Of a DNA stretch of 64,000 nucleotides, positions 13,251 through 25,682 are shown piece after piece. The translations under genes and the position numbers were made by a program. Under the pieces are notes generated by a model. It did no database searches and had not been told where the DNA came from. It saw only the letters and a program-made list of their open reading frames with translations. Within the stretch, counting starts at the first letter, position 1, and every line of letters starts with the position of its first letter. Source of the DNA: Octopus vulgaris (lineage: Eukaryota); contig OX597815.1 of NCBI GenBank assembly GCA_951406725.2, positions 211,110,001-211,174,000 of the forward strand. Direction: 5' to 3'.

Positions 13251-14364
13251 TGAGACAAAGGTTTTAAATTTTAAGACTTCAAATTTTTCGAATGCTATCA
13301 TCCATTTTTATCATTGAACTCAAAACCCCAACTCTCCTTCAAGGCTTGTAAAATTTCTTGAAAAGTTTGGGAACTCTATCGGTTCTGCTCACAGGAAAAA
13401 CACATTCTGCATGACAGCCGCATTAAGCATACATGTTAATTTAGGGGCAGGTAAATCAGTTGATCGAATAATTGAATTCTCCTAGATGAACGACAGATTT
13501 ATCACAATCATATTTAGTCATACATTCTCGTTTAGTTAAGTCTTGAAATCACGCTAGTATTTTACTGATCATTGTTGCATTACCTCCAGTTTTCTTTTGT
13601 TTTGTTTTTTTTCTTTGGAAAGCCTCTGTCAACTATTAAAAGGTAGATTTGTTTACTATAAAATATAATTAAATTTGGAAAATATGCGAGAAATATATCC
13701 AGCAGTTTACACACTGACATAACATTGCATATTCTACGGCAACATTTATTAAACTATTGGAAATATTTATTACCAATATCATTGGCAATTTTATCACATA
13801 GAATCATATAACTAATACCATTTTTTTTTTTCGATTTAAAAGCAACTTCAAATGCAATATTTCAAAATTAAAGTCTTCAATAGAAAGCAATATGGATTAT
13901 GCAGTTTCGGATAACTTTCTCTCAAGTTGATTCTATTGAATTTGTTTGCAATATCACTAAGATTGAGTCTTTGGATTTGCTTTTATATTTTAGATGATTA
14001 AATATGTTAAGTTATTCTTGGTCTTCATTATTTAGTAAAGTTTATGAATTTGTATATGGTTTCATGCCTTGGAGAAACAAGAATGTTGAAATTCTTCTTC
14101 TTCGTCGGAGAGATTATATCATTAACGTTTTTGATAGTCGTGAGAATATCAGTCAGAAGAATACGAGAGAGGGTGCGGATTACAGAGAATATACAAAAAA
14201 AAACAAAAAACAAACATGTACCACTAGGCGCAAAAGTTCTTAATAGGAGGTTAGTAACTGGATTAACAAAATGAAAAGTTCCAGTAGGGCAGCGATGAAC
14301 TGAACGAAGATGGAATTCTATCACAAACAGATTACACTAAAAGACGGAAAATATTCTTTTCTGC

Positions 14365-14548
14365 TCTAGGTACAAGGCCCGAAATTTTGGGGGAGGGGGA
14401 TGATAGTCGATTAGATCGACGGCAGTACGCAACTGGTACTTAATTCATCGACCTCCGAAAAGATGAAAGGCAAAGTCGACCTTGGCGGAATTTGAACTCA
14501 GAACGTAATGACAGACGAAATACCTATTTCTTTACTACCCACAAGGGG
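14365..14548 (-). mobile_element. SINE family A fragment
   Basis: Reverse complement of the family A core (GATGAAAGGCAAAGTCGAC...TTTGAACTCAGAACG). Confidence 0.8.
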
Positions 14549-14858
14549 AGAAGGGCAACGCATATTTGTAAGGAGCGTGAATTAGTTTGCGTGCAAGTCG
14601 AGATTCTTAGGGTATTTCAGTTTGTTCAGCAACTACTTCGACCGGATAACACGATTCTCTCGGGGCTAATCGAACAACAACTGCCCTCTTCTCAAAAGAT
14701 AAAATTTGTGCCACCTGTTCTCGTGCACCATTTAACTATTTAAGGGTTTGTTCTCGGGGATAGTTCAGTTAAGTTCAAATTTCTAGCAATAAGACCAATG
14801 ACCCACCACCAACCCACCCTCTCTCTCTCTCTTTTCTTCTCTCATTCTCATGTGCGCG

Positions 14859-14916
<58 letters not shown>

Positions 14917-14919
<3 letters not shown>

Positions 14920-15092
14920 GAGGGTTGCTTGGTTGGTGGTTCCAAGTTCTTTTACAGGGCTTAGAAAAACTGAAGGGCCGCTGCAATAAGTGTGTGAATT
15001 TGAGAGGAGAATATGTTGTATAAAATCATAATTAACTGATAATCTTGTATTTTCTTTTACCCAAAGCCAGGAACTTTTCAGCAGCCCTCATA
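14917..15092 (+). mobile_element. Mariner-derived miniature deletion element
   Basis: TA|CGAGGGTTGCT ... AGCAGCCCTCA|TA inverted termini with TA target sites; internal KCVNLRGEYV-type transposase C-terminal remnant. Confidence 0.7.
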
Positions 15093-15561
15093 CATACGTA
15101 TATCACTGTATCTACCAGCGTAGCTAGAGTGTGTCCTGGCTGGGGTGGCCCCTTCCGTTTGTCGGCCCCGGACCTCACACAAAACTACATATTGCCCACA
15201 GCAGGCCCAAAAGTACCGCCCCACCCCCAGCTGCGCTAGTGACTGTATCGACCAGACTATCGAATGGTCTTTTACACAGCTAGTCATAATGCGTTACTAT
15301 GCATTGTTGTAACTTTCGAATGATTCCACCTCGCAGTTTTCTTGAATGAAATGCCAGTCCGCTGCAAGCTCACCCGTTTACAGATGAATTCACTGGAGAA
15401 ACGTGGAATGAAGTGTTTTGCTGAAGGTTACAACACACCACTGATCAAGGGATAGAAACCACTGTCTTGCAACCGTGAGTGCAAGTCCAAACCATTCGAT
15501 TTCACAACGTTCATGCACACACACACACACACACACGCACGCACGCACGCACGCACGCGTG

Positions 15562-15594
<33 letters not shown>

Positions 15595-16064
15595 ATGTAT
15601 AGACGTATCGGATAGATAGATAGACAGACTCACAGCAAGACCGGAAGATTGCTGCAAAAAATATTTTTCAATGTGTGTGTATGTGTGTGACAATAAATAT
15701 TCTCGGTCCATCAATATTTCAAGATATATTCCGACTTTATCATCCGGATGAAACACCTCTATTTACGATTTATGTTGCTTATTTTCTTATTTACGAGAAT
15801 CCTACGAGCGCTGTTGAGTCTGTTTCTCATTCAGTATCACCGAACTTGAAATTTCCTGATTGTTGATGGCATTAATGTTCAGTTATGAGGAAATGGAGCT
15901 GGCTGTGGTATCTATTTGTTGTTAAGCTCCAAGGTCAGTTCAGATAGAAAAACCTATAGTCAAAGGTGTTTCCGCCGTGAGAATTCCATTTTTATTTACA
16001 TTAGTAGAATCGGCAGAGTACTCGACAAAAATATCTTGCGGTATTTAATAACAGCATTTAATAA

Positions 16065-16990
16065 AGGCGGCGAGTTGGCAGTATCGTTAGCGAGCTGGAC
16101 GAAATGCTCAGCGGTATTTCGTCTACCGCTACGTTCTGAGTTCAAATTCCGCCGTGGTCGACTTTGCCTTTCATCCTTTCGGGGTCGATTAAATAAGTAC
16201 CAGTTACGCACTGGGGTCGATATAATCGACTTAATCCGTTTGTCTGTCCTCGTTTGTCCTCTCTGTGTTTAGCCCCTAACGCTTTGAGTTCAAATACCAA
16301 TGAAGTTGACATTGCTTTTCATTTTTTCGGATGTGATAAAATGACGAGCAGCCAAGTTCTGAAGCTGAACGCGCAGACTAAATCCCCTCACCCCCAAAAC
16401 TACTGGGCTTGTTCCTAATTTAGAAACCATGATGCCCAGCTGGCAGAATCGTCAGAATATCGGGAAAAAATGCTTTGCGATATTTGTGGCAGATCTTTAC
16501 ATTCTGAGTTCAAATCCTGCTAATACTAAGTTATGCCTTTTTATACTTTCGAGTGTCGGTACAATCAAATATCAGTTTACGTTTTGAGATCAATCATTTA
16601 CTGGGGTTGTTGGTATATAAGGTACTGGGATTGATACCAAAAACAAAACTCACCTCAAAATTGCTAGCCTTGTTCCTAAATTAGAAACCATCATTATTAC
16701 AGAATTGTAAGGCGGCGAACTGGCAGAATCGTTAGCACGATGGACAAAATGCTTAGCGGCATCTCGTCCGTCTTTACGTTCTGAGTTCAAATGCCATCAA
16801 GGTCGACGTTGCCTTTTATCCATTCAGGGTCGATTAAATAAGTACCAGTAAAACACTGCGGTCAATGTAATCGACTAGCCCATTTCCCTAAAATTTCAGA
16901 CCTGCTGCCTATTGTAGAAAGGATTATTATTGCAGAACTGTAAGGCGATAAGCTGGCAGAACGGTTGGAAGGCTGGACAAAATGCTTACA
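16065..16990 (+). mobile_element. Cluster of SINE family A copies of different ages
   Basis: Repeated CTGGCAGAATCGT heads near 16065, 16440, 16710 and 16950. Confidence 0.8.
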
Positions 16991-17162
16991 ATACTTTGTC
17001 CATCTTTATATCTCGAGATCCGAGGAACAGGATGATGGATCGATCGATCAGCAATTTGAGAGCAAAATTTTAACTTAAGGAAAACAAAAATATATATAAG
17101 AAAAACCATTATATTTTTTTAGAATTTGGTACACATATTCTTACACATATATAGAAAAAGGC

Positions 17163-17700
17163 TATTCAGTAAAACCACCATTAGCCTCGATTACTATCAC
17201 GACACGGCTTCTGAAACGACTAAATTCGTTGATCAGGTGATCTTTATTTATGTTGACCTTAACGTCCCCAATAAAAAATCCTCGACGAGTGCTTGATATT
17301 GTTGGGCTCCCTCTCAACGATGCCTCAGGCGTAGTAATCCAGGGGTTTTAAATCAGGAGGGCTAAGGGGCCAAATGTTAGGGATAACTTGATCATGAAAA
17401 CTGCCCATCCACTCGTGGATCGCGCGGGCTGTGTGAGTAGGATCAAAGACTATACATAGGGTCTCCTCCAAACAAGTTTCTCGATTCAAGGCTTGACAAC
17501 TGTCTTCATTTTCCAATGTAGGCTGCCGCATTGGACCCAAAGGCCTTGCAGAAAAAAGTGAGGAGGCATGAAATAGCCCTCATTACTCATGATTTCCAAG
17601 TCCTTCATAAACGATGGGAACTTGGTGGGTATAACAGTGGGGACTTCATCAGGACAATGGTCCAAGACTCAAGTCTGTGGTTTCAATGGCTGCTGTGTGT
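17163..17700 (-). mobile_element. Tc1/mariner (DD37D/maT-like) transposase relic
   Basis: Minus-strand translation: PDEVPTVIPTKFP...MSNEGYFMPPHFFLQGL, HTARAIHEWMGSFHDQVIPNIWPLSPPDLKPLDYY, RFRSRV..VIEANGGFTE*. Stops and frameshifts present. Confidence 0.85.
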
Positions 17701-17766
17701 GACACTGGCTTTGTGCTTGTTGATCACTATCCCTATTCTTCTGATTCGTCCCCGTCTGACTATCAT

Positions 17767-18015
17767 GTGTTCCCTAACATGAAAAACACTTGGCTGGGAA
17801 CCGGTATAGCAATGGTGATGACGTCATATCTGCTGCTGATAACGTTTTGACCCACAGGATGAAAGCTTCTACATTGATGGAATCCAAGCCCTGCAATACC
17901 GATGGAAGAAATGTGTGAACCGTAAAGGGGGTCTGTGTCGAAATATAAACCTTATTTGGTTTCATTTCACAAGAATATCTTAGTCACCTTATGAGCTTTT
18001 CAACCGACCCTCGTA
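17767..18015 (+). mobile_element. Mariner (DD34D) transposase 3' relic with right TIR
   Basis: FPNMK/HLAGNRYSNGDDVISA...ESFYIDGIQALQYRWKKCVNRKG, ending in TIR-like CTTTTCAACCGACCCTCG|TA. Confidence 0.85.
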
Positions 18016-18234
18016 TAAGCTCTGCATAAAGGTTAAGATACATAAAAACGTAAAGCAAAATTATGAACATGTACCTGTAGTAATCATACGATTTTTGCAC
18101 TGCTGTAAAGAGTAATCTTTTAATAAACTCACGGGATTTTATGTCCAGACAATAAAGGATTCCGTTAGTCTCAATACTTATTGACGCCTGGCTACACATT
18201 TCTTGTCCACGGAGAAAATAGTAGCTTAAATATA

Positions 18235-18619
18235 TCTTTATATATAAAAGTGAGGTTGTGTGCTGTCTGTCTCCTACGATTTAGATTCCTAACTACTCCC
18301 ACATTTTACGGTGCAGTTTAACCAAAACCGGGTATCTTATAGTCGTGATTCATATCGAGCCCTTCTGGGTATTAGCGCGCGTTTACGATGAGTCTACGAT
18401 TTTAAAATTAATTTACCATCAATTTTTCCCATTTTTAATGCATTTTTGGCATATATAAGGGAAGTAACTCTCTAAAGATTTATTATTAAATCTCAGAACG
18501 TAACACCCCTCCCCTTTGTGGTTAGCCATATTGAGGTGGCTATTATACTTTACATCTCTAAAAATGCTTATATAGTTATTTCCCTTACAAACCCGAGCAA
18601 CGCCGGGCAATACTGCTAG
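18235..18619 (+). mobile_element. Non-autonomous Helitron
   Basis: A|TC 5' end, subterminal hairpin CCCGAGCAACGCCGGG, CTAG|T 3' end, no TSD. Confidence 0.8.
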
Positions 18620-19441
18620 TTTATAATATATCTTGATACAAATAGCGGAAATGTGACCTAATTTCATAAGAGTGCTGTTACCGGCAAGGGAAATTAATTA
18701 ATTGAAGTGATATGCAGTAGTTAAAATAGGTAGGAATTTGAGGTAAACTTACGAGTGTGTGTTTCTGGTAAACACATAAAGAGTGCTTCATTTCTGTGAA
18801 AACTAAACACCATGTTCACACTACCTTTTTATTCTCTATGTAACCAGAAAAATAGATTCGGCGATTACTGAAACCGTTTACCCAAAGCGCTCATGTAAAT
18901 ATGCATACATGTATATATGTGTGTGTACATTACACATACACACATTTATATATATATATATATATATACACACACATCTCCAGCATGCATACATGCACCT
19001 ACGTTATGTATACTTATTTAAGACTGCAAATAGAAACAATTTCAATTATATCCACAAGTTTATTTCACTGAATAAATTACTTTTAGTTAAGACGAAAATT
19101 GTGTTTGATAGCGTGTTTATTTGTAAGTGGAAATTTGCTGTATAAATACATTTAATTCCTATGTGTGTGCACATATGTGAATAGATACAAATACATTTTC
19201 TATGGGTGTGTATACATATATGTGCATATATACATACCTCCAAACAAATATATATATATATATATATACTTACCTATAAATGTACGTGTGTATATATATA
19301 TATGTGGATGTACTGCGTGCGTATGTATGTGTGTATATACATACTATCGTATACACACACGCGCACACAGATATATATGTATATGGTTTGTGTGAATGTA
19401 TATGCGTGTGTATGTAAGTGTGCATATGCATATTATTGTCT

Positions 19442-19478
<37 letters not shown>

Positions 19479-19994
19479 TGTATGTGAGAATGCGTATAGA
19501 AAAACATACTTCACCTTTCTATTTTCTCTATCTTTCTCTGTTTACGCGTATATCTATGCATATGTGTGTATTTATGCGTGTATGAAATAGTATGTGTATG
19601 CGTGATAAAAAAAAAACAAAAAAAACTAATAATAATACTTTTCCTAATTTCGACACTACGTGTCTTAAGAATGAAAATTTTCTGATTTATCTTTTTCCAA
19701 GCAGCAATTTTCTAAGACTTCAGAATCCCAGAGAATGTTTGAGATTCTCATTCATTGAAAATAATCCACTTAGCTGTTCCAAGCTTATATTCAGATACCA
19801 AAATGTATATGTTATTCATATCTCACCGATATAACTACTCCCAACTGTTTAGAACGACATCATGAGAGTATTTAATAAAAAGAACCATCGCCACAAAATC
19901 CAATCATAACTCATTTCAGACTGTTTTAAATAAAAACTGTTTTAAAATGCAGCAGCATTTTTTTGTAAATTTATTTATTTATTTGCAATAATTT

Positions 19995-20390
19995 ACTCTT
20001 TTACTTGTTTCAGTCATTTGACTGCGGCCATGCTGGAGCACCGCCTTTAATCGAGCAACTCGGGACTTGTTCTTTTGTAAGACCAGTACTTATTCTATCG
20101 GTCTCTTTTACCGAACCGCTAAGTAACGGGGACATAAACACACCAGCATCGGTTGTCAAGCAATGCTAGGGGGACAAACACAGACACACAAACATACACA
20201 CGCATATATACATATACATATATACGACGGGCTTCTTTCAGTTTCCGTCTACCAAATCCACTCACAAGGCTTTGGTCGGCCCGAGGCTATAGTAGAAGAC
20301 ACTTGCCCAAGGTTCCACGCAGTGGGAATGAACCCGGAACCATGTGGTTGGTAAACAAGCTACTTACCACACAGCCACTCCTGCGCCTTA
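19995..20390 (-). mobile_element. SINE family B, full length
   Basis: Reverse complement of 38425-38802. Confidence 0.9.
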
Positions 20391-20624
20391 AATAATCCTA
20401 TATATTTTTTTTACATATCATGCATATATCATCACTGAGACTACTGCCCTGCAACCCAAAGTTAGCGTTTTTATATTTATGTCTCAATTGAGCGAGTATA
20501 GTGATGCGGCACAGTGCCACTCGTTTCTGTCTTTACATCGTTTCATTAGTCAGACCCAACCTCTTGGTACATGACCTCACAACACTTCTCCCTGTCTTTT
20601 TAAGAGGGACAAACACGTTCCATT

Positions 20625-21850
20625 ATTATTACTGAGTGAGAGAGCAGTACATGCCATCAAAGTGACACTGGGGTTCAAATATACAAACCCAAATATAAGG
20701 TTTGAATAAGGTTTATTTAAGGAATTTGAACGAAACACCCATGTTTCCAGAGGTGAATTATTCAAACCCCAAAGAATTCCTCTCAGTACATGGCTATGAT
20801 GCTCCCCCACTACATCTGCATGTGATCAGAGAGCCGCATATCGTCAGCCGCTTAGGGACATGCTCAAATGGTTATGGTAAAGCAACTGACAAGCAAATCT
20901 GTGGTATTGAGTAGAATATTTGCTGTAGCCCAGTGGTTCTCAAAGTGGGCAGTATTGTCCCCCTGAGGCGGTGGAAAGTTCCAAGGAAGCGTTGAAGAAA
21001 AGTGGGGTAATGATGAGGTAGCGATTCATGTAAAAGCTACAAAATAATGAGTTCATTAAGTTCAAATGCAACAGTATTTGTGAAATACAGTTGCTTTTAA
21101 TTTGCTTTAGAAAGAGGCCTGTGTTTGATTGTTAGATGAGGTAGGGCGGTAGGAATGTGGCCTAGGTGTTAATGGGGCAGCAGCCCGAAAACGTTTGGGA
21201 ACCACTGCTGAAGTCCACCTTTTACACTAAGACAAAACATGTACATGATAACGCTTCCAATCAGTTAAGATCAGAAGCCATGAAAGCCAATGCCTGGTAC
21301 TGCATCAGGGCATTCATCATCATTATAATCATCATCATCATCATTATCATTATTATTATTATTGAGTGAGAGAGCAGTGCATGCTACCAAAGTGACACCA
21401 GGGTAAAATATACAAAGCCCAGTATACCCATCTGGACTACCCGTCTGATAAGGGTAAACTAGGCACATGCATCACAACCATATGTGAATTTTCTTCTGGT
21501 CGAGTAACCCATCCCGCTCAAAAGGTTCCTGAATAAGGATTGTTTAAGGATGTTGAACGAAACACCCATGTTTTCAGAGGTGAATTATTCAAACCCCAAA
21601 GAATCCCTCTCAACACATGGATATGATGCTCCCCTCCACTGTGATCAGAGATGTACATATCATCAGCCACTAAGGGACATGGTCAACTGGTTAAAGTCAA
21701 ACAACTGACAAGCAAATCTGTGGTATTGAACAGAATATTTGCTGCAGCCCGTCCTTTATACCAAGACAAAACAATGTACATGATAACACTTATAATCAGT
21801 TAAGATTAGAAGCCATGAGAGCCACTGCCTGGTACTGCATCGGGACATTT
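20625..21850. repeat. Two tandem copies of an unclassified ~450-490 bp interspersed repeat
   Basis: TGAGTGAGAGAGCAGT...CCTGGTACTGCATC at ~20632-21313 and ~21363-21848, separated by (ATC/ATT)n. First copy is interrupted by an hAT MITE. Confidence 0.85.
20931..21207. mobile_element. hAT (Charlie-like) MITE
   Basis: TIRs CAGTGGTTCTCAAA / TTTGGGAACCACTG; 8-bp TSD CTGTAGCC / CTGAAGTC (6/8). Absent from the sister repeat copy near 21743. Confidence 0.85.
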
Positions 21851-21879
21851 ATTATTATTATTATCATCATTATTAATAT

Positions 21880-22760
21880 TAAGGCGGCGAGCTGGCACGC
21901 CAGGCGAAATGCGTAGCCGTATTTCGCCTGCCGTTACGTTCTGAGTTCAAATTCCGCCGAGGTCGACTTTGCCTTTCATCCTTTCGGGGTCGATAAATTA
22001 AGAACCAAGTACTGGGGTCGACGTGATCGATTGTCCTCCTTTCCACGAAAATCCAGGCCTTGTGCCTATAGTAAAGATTATTATTATTCATTTTATCCCA
22101 CGAGATGCTAGACCTCACAGTTCATGTACAATTTCTCTCGCACATCTGAGAACAACTTAACGCACAAACATTCAAAATATTATCAAGAAAGCATCTGGCT
22201 GGTTGGCAAAAAGTTCTTACCTGCGTGTGACAGTTTCTAAATCTTGATGAGCCTCTACGTGATCGCTCAATTTTCTAAAATGCCTGCTAAATACATCCAA
22301 CTATCTTTAACAATGGTTTCGAATTTTGGCACAAGGTTAACAATTTCGGGGAGGAGTAAGTTGATTACATCGACCACAGTGTAAATTGTTACTTATTTCA
22401 TCGATTCCGAAAAGATGAATGACAAAGTCTACTCCGATGGCATTTGAACTTGGGACGTAAAGTGGGAAGAAATGCCAATAAGCATTTTTTTCCGGCACTG
22501 TAAATATTCTGCCAACTCGCCGCCTTAACTATCTTTAATAATCTTTCTAATATAGACAGAAGGCCTGAAATTTTTAGGGAGGGGTTAGTCGATTACATCG
22601 ATTCCAGTGCCTGACTGGTTCTTATTTTATCGGCTCCGAAAGAATGAAAAGCTAAGTCGACCTCGACGGAATTTCCACTCTGAACGTGATGTTGGTCGAA
22701 ATTCCGCTAAGCATTTTGCTCGACGTTCTGACAGTTCTCCCAGCACGCTGCCTTTCAACT
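21880..22760. mobile_element. SINE family A copies (+ at 21880-22075; two older - copies at 22315-22760)
   Basis: Family A core motif in both orientations. Confidence 0.8.
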
Positions 22761-23110
22761 ATCTAATAATGAAAAGTATATACCGTACTTCATCCAGAAC
22801 AGCATTATCTTATATCTTGTATAATTTAAGATTGGGGTTGATGGATGGAATACATTTGATCATAGATAAATCTAATAAGTTGCTTTCTATTGAACGAAGG
22901 ATTACTCTAAACATGTAATATATTGTCTTAATATTGAAACTGACAGTTTGTCTCACAACTTGAGTTTAACGCCGCTACGATAGCCAAGGCATGCCTGTAG
23001 TTCAAAAGTTCGTTTCCAAATTACATGGTTTCAGGTTCAGTCCCACTGTGTCTGTCACACGTTCGACAAGTGTTGCTACTATAGCCCTGTAAGTGGATTT
23101 GCTAGATTTC

Positions 23111-23695
23111 CAAGAACTCTGGAAATAATTTGATTTAAAACTTTCTGATTTCTACAAGGCTGAAGATATGTCCAAGTTTATTTCAGACCATAAATTGGAA
23201 TTCATGTTTGACAAAGATAATCCTGACTGTTTGTTAAATGATTTTGAGAACAAGTTACATAATTTGCTTCAAACCTGCAATTTAAATAACAAACCTATTT
23301 TTGATCTTATTGAGGAACTTCAGCAACCTCTTACAGAGACGGAAGAATTCATCAGAATTCTTATGACTGAAATTTGCTCAAGTGCAATTGTCGAGAGTAA
23401 AGTTTCGAAGAGTAAAATAAAAACAAGATGTGAAGTCTTGCTGAAATATCTTTGCCAAAAGCCTAACCTGCAGTTACAGGCTCTCTATTCATTGCAAGCT
23501 CTGGACGTCAAGTTGATGCATCCACCTAGTGTTTTGAGAATGATGTTTGAAACCTTGTATGATGAAGAAGTAATAGCGGAGGGTGCCTACTTCCAGTGGG
23601 AGAAAAGTGAAGATTCACCTGGCAAAGGTGTTGCTTTGAAATAGGTTGCAGCGTTCCCCACCTGGTTGCATGAAGCTGAAGATGATGATGATTGA
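23111..23695 (+). pseudogene. EIF4G: Processed pseudogene fragment of eukaryotic translation initiation factor 4G (end of MA3 + W2 domain)
   Basis: One intronless frame: QELWK*FDLKLSDFYKAEDMSKFISDHKLEF...LQLQALYSLQAL...HPPSVLRMMFETLYDEEVIAEGAYFQWEKSEDSPGKGVALK*VAAFPTWLHEAEDDDD*. Matches the eIF4G C-terminus ([23 protein letters not shown]). In-frame stops at 23126-28 and 23642-44; ancestral stop at 23693-95. Confidence 0.92.
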
Positions 23696-24514
23696 AAAAT
23701 GAAAGAAAGAAAGAAAAAAAAAACGGACAGAAAACAGATAGACAAAGAAAAACAGCACACACACACATAAAGGGAAAGTCTTATGCCTTTTTCTTAAGTG
23801 AATAAGGCTGAAACTGGATCACATACCTTGATACCTCTTTGATTTCTTCAAGCAGATCAGTTCCTGTTTTGTCACCAGTTGCTGATAATACTGTTAATAC
23901 TGCTATACTCTCCAGGAATAGGGTTTTTTGGGGGCTTTTCTTCAATATTTGTGCTGTAGTGCATCACCACAAGCCTATACCCTTCCATTTTAGAACAGTT
24001 GATGTTGAAAGAAGCCCTTGTGTTTAGAGTATTCGGAGCGTGATAATAATGTCGCAGGTTATATTCCTGGATTGGACGTTGTGCGCAAAGTATTTTATTT
24101 CACGTTGCTCAAATCTACTCAGCTGTAAATGAACACTAGCCTCCCCACTTTCTTGACATAGTAGAACATTGATTATATAACAGCTGAAGGGAGAGAGGTT
24201 CTACACCAACATTTGGCTGATTCTCATTTCAGATGAGAAGACTAGAGCAACGTAAATTCCTTGCTCAGGACACAATGTGCACCGCTCTGTCCAGAAATGA
24301 AACCACTCAACATCCTAAAGTCCTTATATATGTACATGCATGTGTATGAATATATTCTCTCTTTGGAATATTGGCTCTCGTGGCCCATCACATAAAGGTA
24401 TAAGAAATAGCATGTATATATTAAGTGGAAATACACTTTTCAGTACAAAAAATTGAAAACTGCCGAGGGAAAAATATTATTTCCTGTTCCCTCGAAATTT
24501 TATAAACTCTTTTG

Positions 24515-24551
<37 letters not shown>

Positions 24552-24731
24552 CATACATAACCTACTGTTAACAAAAGTTGGGGTGCGTTGCGTTCTGTTA
24601 CTTTATAAATGAAAGAATGTATTGTAAATAAACAACAACATGTTAAAAATACGTATACTTATAATACTGAGTGTACAATCGGACGGGAGACCGACACAGA
24701 AGGCCTCTAATTCTTTTATGTATGTATACAA

Positions 24732-25232
<501 letters not shown>

Positions 25233-25318
25233 TATAATGTTAATCTAAACATGAAAACACAACAACGCGAGGACGTGGAACAAGTATAGTATTATTGGAC
25301 GCTCAGGAAAGAAGGAGG

Positions 25319-25353
25319 GTTTAACGTTTCGAGCGATGCTCTTCGTGAGAAAC
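25319..25353 (-). ncRNA. Minimal hammerhead ribozyme motif (Penelope type), one core substitution
   Basis: Minus strand GTTT-CTCACGA-A-GAGC-ATC-GCTC-GAAA-CGTT-AAAC: stem I GTTT/AAAC, stem II GAGC/GCTC, palindromic ACGT stem III. CTCACGA instead of CTGACGA. Confidence 0.65.
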
Positions 25354-25601
25354 ATAGGAAAAGGAAAGATCCAAAGAAGGGAAGACGGAGGAAAATAAAA
25401 TCGCCAACGGTGCACACGCGGTCACATATATATATATGAGCTGATTTTACGAATTGGTTTCGCACGCGAACTAAGAGGGAATTGAAGACGGTATCTGTCT
25501 TAAGAATGGCCATACTTTCATACCAGCACTTCGGGCAAACACTGTCTTGTGTTCTCTTTTAAACTCGTGTCTGCCTCTCTTTCTCTCCCTCTATCTCTCT
25601 G

Positions 25602-25682
<81 letters not shown>

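Noticed and set aside
14004-14324. Overlapping ORFs, one with a hydrophobic stretch faintly like a ligand-gated channel TM segment
   Set aside because: Hydrophobicity comes from an A/T run; no Cys-loop or TM motifs.
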